Positions 13,533 through 26,793 of a stretch of 64,000 nucleotides of DNA are shown piece after piece. Each line of letters begins with the position of its first letter. Position 1 is the stretch's first letter. Both the position numbers and the translations under genes were made by a program. A model generated the notes under the pieces. It searched no databases. It was not told the origin of the DNA and was given only the letters and a program-made list of their open reading frames with translations. Origin of the DNA: Octopus sinensis (lineage: Eukaryota); the NCBI RefSeq assembly GCF_006345805.1, contig NC_043001.1:112344001-112408000 (forward strand). The letters are read 5' to 3'.

Positions 13533-13817
13533 AGCCATGGACCCGGTTTCCCGGTTTCTGTGGCGTATATGCCCCCCCCCCACTCCAGCTGGACGAGACG
13601 CCAGTCCATCGCAGCGTTACTCAAGAAACAGGAAGAGAGAGTTAGAGATAGTTGTGGTGAAAGAGTACGACAGGGGTCACCAACACCCCCTGCCGGAGAT
13701 CCGTGAAGCTTTAGGTGTTTTCGATCAATAAACACACACAGCGCCCGGTCTAGGTTTCGAAACCGTGATCCTCCGACTGCGAGTCCGCTACCCTAACCAC
13801 TGGGCCATTGTGCCTCC
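13533..13817 (-). mobile_element. Chimeric SINE: family C head joined to the 3' part of the 2790-3000 family
   Basis: 13623-13817 is the reverse complement of the family C head. 13533-13620 matches 2790-2860 (ccggtttc.cggtttc.gtggcgt). Confidence 0.7.
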
Positions 13818-14364
13818 ACACACACACACATAAAAACGTATTCCTGCATTTACATATACATAATTTTTTCCAGTGTATGGACGAGTGCATTGGGACTACT
13901 TCGTTTGCAAGTCCTCTGAGACTGGACATCGCATACATACATATATACATACGAGCATACATGCATATATATACACATACATTCATAGACATATATAAAT
14001 ATATATATATATGTTACATGTCTATATGGATATGTATGTATACGTATATGTATATATGTATATTTATGCATATGTATTATGAATATATATCCCCAAACTA
14101 ATGTAAAAAAAACGAAGAAACACTATTATTGCTTTATTGGCAATAATGTAACTAAAGAATAAGCAATTCATGTCGTATTCCCTTCATTGTAGAAACCTTC
14201 AGGTTCGTGATAGAGTAGAGTGCGAGTGGGGGACACTAAATGACTAGCAACAATAGGAGACATAAGCAGGCAGACAGGCCTATTCTTGCAGACTGAACAA
14301 AGCGACCATCTTTTATTATTATTATTATCATTGTTTGCATTATCATTATTGTTGTTGTTGTTGG

Positions 14365-14397
<33 letters not shown>

Positions 14398-14454
14398 CAT
14401 CATCATCATCATCATCATTATTAATACTACTATTATTATATTATTATATTATTA

Positions 14455-14500
<46 letters not shown>

Positions 14501-14664
14501 GGGTTGTTGTTGTTGTCATTATTATTATCGTTATCATTGTCGCTGTGGCAGTCTTTGTGACGATCTTCTTCTTTCGTGACAGACCAGTCTTACGAGGGTC
14601 ACGGGAGAGAGGAAAAAAAATTATGTCCGCAATATAAAAACGGGAGCGAAATAGCGGAGGAAAC

Positions 14665-14701
14665 ATATGTATGTACGTATGTATGTATGTATGTATGTAT
14701 G

Positions 14702-14732
<31 letters not shown>

Positions 14733-14778
14733 GTATGTATGTATGTATGTATGTATGTATGTATGTATGTATGTATGC

Positions 14779-14811
<33 letters not shown>

Positions 14812-14937
14812 CGTATGTATGTATGTATGCATATATGTATGTATGTATGCATATATGTATGTATGTATGTATGCATATATGTATGTATGTATGCATATAT
14901 GTATGTATGCATATATGTATGTATGTATGTATGTATG

Positions 14938-14971
<34 letters not shown>

Positions 14972-15035
14972 TGTATGTATGTATGCATGCATGTATGTAT
15001 GTTGTATGTATGTATGTATGAGTGCATGTATGTAT
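14665..15035. repeat. Long (TATG)n array with recurring GCATAT variants
   Basis: Direct reading. Confidence 0.95.
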
Positions 15036-15109
15036 AAGCTAAAATGTAAATATATACAGAATATTTGCACCTATCTAAACAAATATGTTCGTGCGCATAC
15101 ATACACACT

Positions 15110-15146
<37 letters not shown>

Positions 15147-15281
15147 CTATATATCATATATATATATACATAATATATATACATATTGCATATATGCATA
15201 TAGTTATATATATGTGCATATATATGTTATACATATATATTTATATATATTTAGTAGTATATATACATACATACACACACA

Positions 15282-15312
<31 letters not shown>

Positions 15313-15569
15313 GTACATATGCATATATATGTATATACATACATGCTAATATGTATGTGGGGGCTGGTGCATTCCCACATGTGCATAAACGCTACACCTT
15401 GCCAAATTAACGTGTACTGTTCTATTGTGTTTTGATTGGCTGATAATTTACTTTTGACATGGCACGACGGCAGGACGTCACGGTGGCACGTATGTCACTA
15501 ATATCATGGCGTTGGACAATTTCGAACAGCGAGTGAAAAAGAGATACAAATATATCTACTGCTAAAGAG

Positions 15570-15604
<35 letters not shown>

Positions 15605-16232
15605 GGAGACATAGGTGGGAGTGGTAAGAGATGGAGATCACTGAAAGGGGATAGAGAATTAAATATGTAAATAAAAAGAAGTTAGACCCTTTTCGTGTAT
15701 ATTTGATAGATTATTAAACTACTCCCTAATTTTGCTGTGACAATAATCACAACAACAACAACGACAACAATACCCACAAGGACTGTGTGAGACACTTTCT
15801 GTTACTTAGTGTTTTGTATATCTCTCTCTATATATCTCTCTCCGTATATATGTCTATGTATGTGTGTGTAGATACACACACACACACGTACACACACACA
15901 CACACACACAATTGTGTGCGTGTTATTTTGTACGAGATTGTCCTGTCATATAATTGCCATGTCCATTTTCGTCCATTTACTCCCTGTCTCAATATAAAGT
16001 CCCCTACTTGTTCCACACTGTCTTTATACAAAGAATATATTGACCCCTATAGAAAACTCGGCTCAATTATTTAGCTACACGTCTCTCAATACTTCAATGA
16101 TGACGGCCATTTTACATACTTTCTGTTTTCCTTCACATATTTATCTCTGCTCTGGTCTGTCTCTCGTTCTATCACCATTTTTCTTTCTTTATTCTACTTA
16201 TTTTTTCTTTCCTTACCTCTCTTATTCATCCA

Positions 16233-16425
16233 TATCTTCTTTATATTTCATACTCCCTTTCTGTCCCTTGCACTCTATTTGCCCCCCTCATCTCTCTATC
16301 TTCTTTATATTTCATACTCCCTTTCTGTCCCTTGCACTCTATTTGCCCCCCTCCTCTCTCTATCTTCTTTATATTTCGTACTCTCTTTCTGTCCCTTGCA
16401 CTCTATTTGCCCCCCATCTCTCTCT
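16233..16425. repeat. 3 x 64-bp pyrimidine-rich minisatellite
   Basis: ctgtcccttgcactctatttgcccc at 16261, 16325 and 16389. Confidence 0.9.
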
Positions 16426-17334
16426 TTCTCTTCACTACATCTCTATTCTACCCACTGTCTTTCATCGTCTCTTTCAGTATCACTTTCTTTACGAATATCC
16501 CACGTTATAACTATCATTCATTTTGCTTCCCTCTTTTACCAATATATTCATTGTATTTCACAATCTTGCTACCTCTTTCTTTCTTTCTTTCTTTCATATA
16601 ATCTCTTGAACGCACCCATTTTCACTATCTCTCAATTTCACTCTCTCTCTTTCTCTATTACCTTCATTACTGCCACACCTCTCTCTCCCACACTCTCTTT
16701 CACACCATACTATTTTCTGGTTCCTTCTTTCTCATACCGCACCTCCGCTGTAGCTTACAATATTACATTGTCTCTCTCTTTCCCCCAGTAAGTCCCTCTT
16801 TGTCTCTCAACTATTTCTCGTTCCTAATTTTCCGTGAATTGGTGGAATCGCCAGACTCTTAAGATATTTATCTGCGTTCCTTTACTTTCTGACTTCTAAT
16901 CTTGTTGAGGTCAATTTCATTTTTAATCCTTCCGAGGTTTAATACAATGAAATACCAATCAATTAATGGGGTGCAATATAATCGATTATATTCCCCACGC
17001 ACAATATTGAAACCTTGTGCATACGATACAAAATCAATGTAATAATTATATAACTGTGGTGGATGCTCCTGCACTTTCAAATGAGGTACCAGTCAAATAA
17101 AGTGGACAATGGATTCGATTATCTTACACCCGTCAAAATAACTGTACTTGCGTCTAAGTCAGAAACAATTACCATTATTATTATTAATATTATTATTAAT
17201 ACTTTTTTTCTTCTTTCAAATTTGCTTCCATTTCTTGCCGAGTGTCTCATAGTATACATTGGTAGGCCATTAAACCAAACTCAATAGTTCGTTCATTTTT
17301 TTTAAGTTAAATTAAAATACATGGGTAGTAATAA

Positions 17335-17345
17335 TTCTTCTTCTT

Positions 17346-17376
<31 letters not shown>

Positions 17377-17388
17377 TTATTATTATTA

Positions 17389-17464
<76 letters not shown>

Positions 17465-17468
17465 GTTA

Positions 17469-17506
<38 letters not shown>

Positions 17507-17525
17507 GTTGTTATTATTATTATTA
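17335..17525. repeat. (TTC)n + (TTA)n microsatellite
   Basis: Direct reading. The TTA part is the tail or target of the adjacent RLE element. Confidence 0.95.
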
Positions 17526-18180
17526 TTTTATGTTTGACTTTTGCTTTACATTTGTACAAGTTGGATCCAAGTCTCACCAAGAGACCTCAAGAGACAAGTT
17601 GGAAGTTCATATTGGTGTTATACCTAGGGTGCCATATATTTGGTTTTGTACTTAGTGTATAAGTAGCCATGAGATAATTATGTTCGTTTCAAAACTTGAG
17701 ATTACATAGAAAGTATTTTGCGTAGGATATGGTCAGTTCCCATGAGCACAATCTTTTGAATTTTTGCCATTTTGGGGTTTCCTAGTATCTGAGCTAGGTA
17801 GCAATCAGGCCTTTTGCTATCATTCCCAGGGCACCTATGACAACTGGTATTGTTTTAGTCTTGATGTTCCACATTTTGCTAATTTCTATTTCAAGATATT
17901 TATATTTGCTCACGTTTTGGTAGGTCTTGACAAATAAGTTTATATCGATTGGGACAGTCATATCAATGAGGAGGCATGCTTTTTGTCTGAAGTCTTTCAA
18001 TATGATGTCTGGCATATTTGCATCTATCTTTCTATCAGTTTGAATGGTGAAGGTCCAGAGGAGTATGAAGTGATCATTTTCAAGCACTGGAGGTGGTTTC
18101 TGTTGCCACCAGTTTTTTGCACATTGCCCGGTGAATATATTGTGATGTTCTATCATACCTGTTGAGATGCTTTCAAGACG
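17525..18180 (-). mobile_element. R4/Dong-like RLE retrotransposon 3' fragment with (TAA)n tail
   Basis: KPPPVLENDHFILLWTFTIQTDRKIDANMPDIILKD...LLIDMTVPID...SKYKYLEIEISKMW...IPVVIGALG, then 3' UTR and the (TAA)n tail at 17375-17525. Confidence 0.85.
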
Positions 18181-18224
18181 CAAGACAAAGCAATGTAAAT
18201 GATAACATTGTTTTGTCTTGGTGT

Positions 18225-19205
18225 CTGATAAAAATGTTTCATGAAAATGTCTAATGAACATGTTTGATGAAAATGTTTGTGGAAAATGTTTGATGAAAAT
18301 GTTTGATGAAAATGTCAGATGAAAATGTCTGATGAATATGTTTGGTGAAAATGTTTGATGAAAATGTTTGATGAAAATATATGAAGAAAACGTTTGATAA
18401 AAATGTTTCATGAAAATTTCCGATGAAAATATTTGATGAAAATGTTTGATGAAAATGATTGATGAAAATGCCTGCTGAAAATGTTTCATGAAAATGTCTA
18501 ATGAATATGTTTGACAAAAATGTTTGATGAAAATGTCTGAGGAACATGTTTGATGAAAATGGTTGATGAAAATGTCTGATGAAAGTGTTCGATGAAAATG
18601 TTCGATGAAAATGTTTAATGAAAATGTCTGATGAAAATGTCTGATGAAAATGTTTGATGAAAATGTTTGATGGAAATGTTTTGATGAAAATGTTTGATGA
18701 AAATGTCTGATGAAAATGTCTGATGAATATGTTTGGTGAAAATGTTTGAAAATGTTTGATGAAAATATTTGATGAAAATGTTTGATGGAAATGTTTTGAT
18801 GAAAATGTTTGATGAAAATATTTGATGAAAACGTTTGATGAAAATGATTGATGAAAATGTCTGCAGAAAATGTTTCATGAAAATGTCTAATGAAGATGTT
18901 TGACAAAAATGTTTGATGAAAATGTCTGAGGAACATGTTTGATGAAAATGGTTGATGAAAATGTCTGATGAAAGTGTTCGATGAAAATGTTTGATGAAAA
19001 TGTTTAATGAAAATGTCTGATGAAAATGTTTGATGAAAATGTCTCATGAAAATGTCTGATGAAAATATTTGATGAAAACGTTTGATATTTGATGAAAATG
19101 TCTCATGAAAATATTTGATGAAGATGTCTAATGAAAATGTCTGATGAAAATGTTAAAATGTTTGACGAATATATTTGATGAAAATGTCTGATGAAAATGT
19201 TTCAT
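18225..19205. repeat. 13-bp satellite (TTGATGAAAATGT)n, about 75 units, with a ~389-bp higher-order repeat
   Basis: Unit read directly. Rare variants recur at a fixed offset, e.g. GGAACATG at 18541 and 18930. Confidence 0.95.
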
Positions 19206-19659
19206 CACACACTCACATATGTATATATATATGACAAGGTAGAAAATGCTAAAATAACTTCATCATGAAGAACATTTTAGTACCGGTTCCAGTCTTTCCA
19301 ACTTTTTCAATTTAGAGTTAAGCATGAAAAACAATTAAATTGTAGAAAAACTAAATGATATATTAAAAAAAATTATTTCCGTAGTTTTCGAATGCAAGGG
19401 ACATTTTCTTATTTTCTGTCTGTCTCTGTCTCTCTTTTTTACTCTTGTGAGTTCTTGGTAGTTGGCAGCATCTAGTAGTAATTCGATATGAATTCTTGTC
19501 TTTGATTGTTTAAGTAGCAGTAGTAGTTGAGAAAGGAGGCGACGAAGAAGAGGAAGAAGAAGAAGAAGAAAAAAGAAGAAAAAAGAAGAAGAAGTAGTAG
19601 TAGAAGAAGAAGAAGATGGAGGAGGAGGAGGAGAAGGAGAATGCGTGAGTAGTAAGACT

Positions 19660-20399
19660 GAGCAGGATGTTGGTGGAATCCTCTTAAATGGGCAAGTGAC
19701 CTAACAGTGACCCGTTGTGGTTGTAATGGTAGTGATTGGAATTATTCTGAATAAATTCATGTGAAGTGACTGTTCTGAATATATCTGAATATATCGTTTT
19801 TAATATTTGTCTGGGTGTTATAGTGTCATTTGTGTTGGATGCATTCAATTGGGTTTTATTTTTTGTGATAAAGAATGACTCTTTACTAATGCGCTGACTA
19901 CAGGTTGCATCGTTCCTGAATCGATAGAGTGGAAAATTCTGCAGCTGGGTTGCTTGTTATTGGCACAAATGTCGATGTGTTCGCTGAATGCTATTTTTCT
20001 TTATTTCCGATTTTTGATCTGAGTTCTGTTTAGAGCCATCCATTGACGTCGAGTGTTTTTGGTTTGGTCTATGTATTACTCTCGACACCCAGAACAGGTT
20101 CATACATATATCAGGTTCTCTGAAGCACACGTGAAGTTACTTTCACTGTGAAATGTTGACCCTGTTTGAAAGAGAACTCTGATCTCTCAATTAGGCAGAC
20201 GCATATACCACAGTGAGGTTTTCCGTACGTTTTTTACTGATAGCTTCAGTATTCTTGTCGAGCGTATTCGGGCTTGTGTTAGGAGGCTTTTCATAGATTT
20301 GGGTTGTCGTTTGCTCTTTATGATGGTGTGCGTTAGGAGGATTGTATCAAAGGCTTCATTGTTTTATATATATATTGGTGCCTTGTTGAACCACATCTG

Positions 20400-20400
<1 letters not shown>
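19660..20400 (-). mobile_element. Penelope-like 3' fragment of a second family (GIY-YIG domain and 3' region)
   Basis: Minus strand with frameshifts: KSKRQPKSMKSLLTQAR...CASENLIYV-TCSGCRE*YIDQT...FSEHIDIC...KESFFI. The 5' truncation abuts (CA)n. Confidence 0.7.
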
Positions 20401-20468
<68 letters not shown>

Positions 20469-20623
20469 ACATATATATATATATCATTAAATGAAATATT
20501 GACTGAGAGAAAATATCTAGGAACACCATTCTTTTGGAAAACCAATGCTTAAGTTTCCTTTTTCGAAACGCAGGAATGTAGTCCAAGGTAAATAAAGCGA
20601 TAGGTAGATAGATACATAAATAA

Positions 20624-20654
<31 letters not shown>

Positions 20655-22981
20655 AAGAGAGTGTGTGTGTGTGAGCGAGTGAAGGGGGAAGGCGGGAGAA
20701 AGCGACCGTTTGTGAAACTTGAATGAACTCGCAAAACTAATGTAGTTCATAAGTACCTCATATATCGGAATGGGTGCGGGAGATCTTTAAACGAGTTCAA
20801 ATTCCCCCGAGCTCGACTTCACTCTTCATTTTTTCGGGATCGATGAAATAAGTACAAGTTGAACATTGGGGTCGATGTAATCGACTATCTTCCTCCCCCA
20901 AACTTTCACGACTTGTGCTTATAGCAGAAAGGACTATTTTGCCATTTATGGAAGCTAGCTAGTAAAAATCGTTCGAGCGTCTTGAAAATGCGTTGCGTTA
21001 TTTTTTCTTGCTCTTTACATTCTGCGTTCAAACTCCACCGAAGTTAACTTGTCATTTTCATTCCTCCGAAGTCAAGAATATAAAGCACTCGTCTAGTACA
21101 GAAACGATGCCATCAATTTACCCCCTCTATTCAAAACTGTTGACCTTGCATCAAAATTAGAAAGCATTATTCTACCATTATATTATTGCTTGATTATAAA
21201 GTTTTGTCTGCGGCCGTAATTCTTTCTATTCTTCCTATATATCTCAGTATTCATGTAATGCTCTACCACTTTCCTCGAGTTTAATACCTAGAAATAAATT
21301 ATTTGCAGTCTTTCCACATGCTAGACATAACAGCTATATTCCACATACATTACACTCTTGATATAACGTTCATGATGATTATAGTTAATACTACACTGGA
21401 TCATAAAGATTTAGATACATATACTCTGAGGAAAATAGAGTTGGAATGGCAACAGTCGGAATGCTAACGATCACAATACTGCTTAATTAGGGCCGACCTG
21501 GGGCTATACAACAACAAATAACATTTTGAGCTTATGGTTATCTCTCTTATGTCTTCAGCTCGCTTGTTTTCGCTAGAAATGTACAGTACGGACTGATTAT
21601 GTAATTGTTGTGATCGTTTAGCCTAAGAAAAGTTTTTTGACTGCGCAAACATTCGACCGAATTATTCCAGTCACGATTGTGTCCTCTCAACTCTTGTGTA
21701 CCGAGTTCAATTTGTGAGGTGGTCAACTTTAACTTTCTTAATTTCAGTGTCGATAATGTACTAATCATGGATGAAAGATTAACAGGACTGATAAAGCATC
21801 GAGAGGATGCCTTGTAATATCTGTTCCGGTTCTTTGCATTCTGATTACAGCTGCAATAACACTGGCACCAAGCTGTATTGGCCCTGTTATTTCCTTGGTT
21901 AGCATGGAGGGGGAAAACCTTGCATGCATGGACAACCATTGCTCTTCCACAAAATGTTTTATCCAGGGTATCCATGTACGATACAGTGGCAGATACAGGA
22001 ATACATTATCTGGTTTGCGATGGCAATCTGTCTTTTGAGGTAGATTTTGCTACTAAACAGTCAAGCGACCTCTTAGAGGCCCCATCCTTGACTAATGAAC
22101 TGAAACTGTGTAATATAACCCTAAAAATGGCTATTTAACACACAGAATCAAATTATCTCGTTGTGAGCGTTGAGCTTGACCAAATATCGATTTTCAGTTA
22201 ACAAAGCTCTTAATGCTTTCAAGATTTCTCTTCTAAATTCCTATAACAGCTTGTATGTGCTTGCATGATTAAACATGTGTGTCCTTGTGAATATATACAC
22301 ACATGCATACTTACATGTGCGCGCGCTTGTGTAAGTGTGTGAGAGTGTTTGTGTGCATGTATTCGTTATTGGCGTATGCAAATTCGTTTCCAAGAGAGGC
22401 TGAGGTGGTCATTTTTCATGTATTGATAAGCTTTTCAACAAGGATCAAAAGCTTTCTGCCAAAAGCGTAAAGGTATATCAACTAATTTGAAGACAAACAC
22501 TTTACAACTGTTTATATTAACCGATTATAGCGCTTATTAACGATAATGGGCATTGAACTCTTGTAAGGATTATTAAGAGTAATACTACAGGTTATTGCCC
22601 ACTTTGTATATAAATACAAATTCTTCAAAAGAATGGAGATTGTGAGTATAGAATGTATAAAATCGGTTAACTACACTAGATATCTAAGACAAAATCTTGG
22701 TGAAAGATGGTTTAATAAATAAGAAATACCTGGTTAATGTGAATGTTATATAATCATTAGATCTTACAACATCGAACACATATATGTGTGTATGTATCTA
22801 TTTATGTGTATATATATGTATCTCGCTGCATGAATATACATAAATATGTGTCAATATATGGATGTACATATAATCGTATATGAGTAGCGTATATGTATAT
22901 CTATCTCTCTACGCACACACACACACACGCACACACACATACACACATATATATATATTATTCTTCAACAAGAATATTATT

Positions 22982-23027
22982 GACAGTAACTTCGAATTTC
23001 GGCCAGCTAACCCGTCGTCGGACTGTC
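22982..23027 (-). ncRNA. Minimal type-I hammerhead ribozyme-like fold (CCGACGA core)
   Basis: GACAGT-CCGACGA-C-GG...CC-GAAA-TTCGAAG-TT-ACTGTC, with a perfect 6-bp stem I, inside a TA-flanked insert. Confidence 0.55.
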
Positions 23028-23234
23028 TAGAGTAAATCTATCAGATTAATAGATTAATGTGATGTAAAACTGTTTTTATTATAACTGAACATAAAAACTA
23101 ACTTCAATATATATATATACCAATTAAGGACTGAACACGAAAAATGGACAGTCAACATGCTAGATATAGACGTCAAATCGCCATTCTCCACAAAGATTAT
23201 GTTCTCAAATAAAATAAAATTCAGCGCAAACTGA

Positions 23235-23520
<286 letters not shown>

Positions 23521-24033
23521 AGAAGACAAGCAGACGCATTCATAGGTACGTTTTATCTTTCCGCTGACTTGTTTCTTCTCACTGGCTGATTGCAGATGCA
23601 TTTTTGTGTAAACTATATTCCAGGCACGTCTTCATCATTTTACGATTTATCAAAATAGCAATATTCGCACCATTCCGTTTAATAGCTTTCATAATTTCCT
23701 TCGTTCTTTCTTTTCTCGTTCTTTCTTTCTTTCTTTTAGTCATTCTTTCCTTCTCTCTTGTGCTTTCAGTCTCTCGCCTTTTTTTCTCTTGTACACACCA
23801 TGGACATAATTTCCGTTTTACCCATTTTCTCACCATCTCTGACACTGTCTCTCGTTATGCACCGCAACACGTATACACACACACAAACGCATTCACACAC
23901 ACTCACACATACTCACATACACGCGCGCGTGTGCACACACTCACACGTTAACACACACATATATATAGGCATATGCTTATGCATATATGTATATATACAT
24001 ATTTATACATATATGTTTATAGCTATCTATCTA

Positions 24034-24127
<94 letters not shown>

Positions 24128-24303
24128 TAGAAATATGGATTTAAAGATGCATATATATAGATATGTGCATGCATGAATGAATGTATAAATGTATGTGGAT
24201 ATATAAATACCCTCACACACAAATATGAATGTACGTATTTATGGAAGCATGTATGCTTGTATGTATACATATATAGATATATATGTATACATAGATACAT
24301 CCA

Positions 24304-24335
<32 letters not shown>

Positions 24336-24928
24336 AACGCATATATATATATATAAATATATATACATATATATAATACACACTCACACATAAATACACA
24401 CACATAGACATACATATACACATGCATACATATATACATGTATACATACAGATGAACTGGTCAGAAAAGGTGATCTCTCAATAAATAATGATGAAGACAA
24501 ACTATCTTCCATTTTACAAATATTTTCATCGATTTGCCTCCTCTCCTAAATGAATATTAATGAAGCACCATTAATTTCGTAGGGGCGGGAAAGTAGTGTC
24601 AATTGCATGATAATGTTGTTCTTGTGGTTACTGTTCTTGTAGTTGTTGTTGTTGTTCATTTTGTGTTTTTTTCTCTATTAACTCTTATATACATCTATAC
24701 ATATATGTATATACATATATAATTATATATACACATACATATCTAAATACATTCACACACACATACACGCATATATATATATATCGATATATACACACAC
24801 ACGCACACACACACACACACATATATATATATGTAAATACACATACACATATACTTGCATACACACATCCATATATCTATGTGCGTGACACTATCTGTAA
24901 ATGGCCATGTTTACAACCCACACATACA

Positions 24929-25014
<86 letters not shown>

Positions 25015-25339
25015 TACATACATATATACATACATGCATATATACATAAATAGATACATACATACATACATGCATACATACATATATACGTACGTACATA
25101 CATACATACAAACTATTGGGTATTTATATATTTATACAATTTAAATGCTATAGAATATGTATGTATGTTTGTGTTTTTTTTATTAGAATTAATTGCTGCA
25201 AAGTTGCAAACTAATCATATTTTCACGACAGCCACGTTCTATATTTGGTGTGAAGAGGAGAGAGTTAAGGAAGCTTATCGATCCAGATAATTGGGAAATG
25301 TCCCGAAATCGATTCTAGAATGTCGGTGAGGAGATGTTA

Positions 25340-25700
25340 GACAACTGCAGCGACTATGGTAATGGCGACGACGTTAATGACAAAAGCAACGATGGTAATG
25401 ATCGTGGTATTTGTAATGGTAGTGGTATCGATGGTAGTGATGATAGTGATGTGTCGACAACGACGGTGGAGGTGGCGGTGGTTGTGATGGTGGTGGTGGT
25501 TTGGTGGTGGTGGTGATGGTGGTGGTGGTGGGTGATAGTGGTTGCGGTGGTGGCAGTAAGGGTAGACTGATAATGGTGATGATGATGGTCGTGTGATGGT
25601 GGTAACAGTGTTAATGTTAATCAAAATGATTATTATGGTCCCTGTCATAAAAATAACGAAATTGCTGTTGATCGTCATAACGGTGATAATGATGATGATA

Positions 25701-25740
<40 letters not shown>

Positions 25741-25900
25741 GGAGGAGGAGGAGGAGGAGAGGAGGAGGAGGATGATGATGATGATGTTGGGGAGGAGGAA
25801 GATGGTGGGGTGATGACGATAATGACGAAGCAAATGACGGTAATAATGAAAGTGGCAAAGTGGCAATGATTAAGATGCTGTTGATGAAGATAATGATGCG
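25340..25900. repeat. Degenerate trinucleotide array (GAT/GGT/GGA)n
   Basis: Direct reading. Confidence 0.9.
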
Positions 25901-26400
25901 CTCTAATATGAATAAATATATATCATAGTATACACCTTTACACAATGATGTGCATACGTAGTTGTCCACACTCTGAGACACTTGCATATATCTACATACA
26001 TACATGCATTCATTCATACATACATACATATACACATACACACACACTCACACGCACACACATATGCCTTAAGTTATTCTCTACAAATTACAGAGGAGTA
26101 CTCAATACATTCCAGAGAATATGAATTTTATGGCAACTGAGACTGAAAAGCTAGTCTCCTAATCTGCGTTTCACGCCATTGCGATCTTCAGGCGCGAACT
26201 GTTATAACTCAGTATTGATAGTGAATTTTTATATGTCTGCGCGTAAGTATGTATGCCTGCATGTGTATGTGTGTATGCTACCTGTGTTAGAAGGGCAAAT
26301 GCATATGATTACCATAGATGCATGTGTTCTCTATGTGCAAAATATAGTGGATTATTACAAGGTATCTGGCTCAGTATATCATAGATTCTCATATATTTAC

Positions 26401-26793
26401 TCACTTTACTCTTTTACTCTTTTACTTGCTTCAGTCATTTGACTGCAGCCATGCTGGAGCACCGCCTTTAATCGAACAACTCGACCCCGGGACTTATTCT
26501 TTGTAAGCCCAGTACTTATTCTATCGGTCTCTTTTGCCGAACCGCTAAGTAACGGGGACATAAACACACCAGCATCGGTTGTCAAGCGATGTTAGGGGGT
26601 CAAACACAGACACACAAACACACACGCATACATATATATATACATATATACGACGGGCTTCTTTCAGTTTCCGTCTACCAAATCCACTCACAAGGCTTTG
26701 GTCGGCCCGAGGCTATAGTAGGAGACACTTGCCCTAGGTGCCATGCAGTGGGACTGAACCCGGAACCAAGCTACTTACCACACAGCCACTCCT
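26401..26793 (-). mobile_element. SINE family A
   Basis: Reverse-complement copy. Confidence 0.9.

Noticed and set aside
16233-16425. Regularly spaced repeats as a possible CRISPR array
   Set aside because: Units are contiguous tandem copies with no unique spacers, the context is eukaryotic, and there are no cas genes.
16040-16791. 156-170-aa Leu/Ser/Phe-rich ORFs
   Set aside because: Produced by a CT-rich tract and the 64-bp minisatellite.
25278-25320. CAGATAA..GGGA(AATG)TCCC-GAAATCGATT hammerhead-like string
   Set aside because: Two core mismatches and no stem I pairing.
25337-26047. 236-aa His/Pro/Ile-rich ORF, and similar ORFs at 13028-13534, 14286-14579, 17321-17662 and 32227-32503
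   Set aside because: Trinucleotide repeat arrays. The homopolymeric runs explain the open frames.
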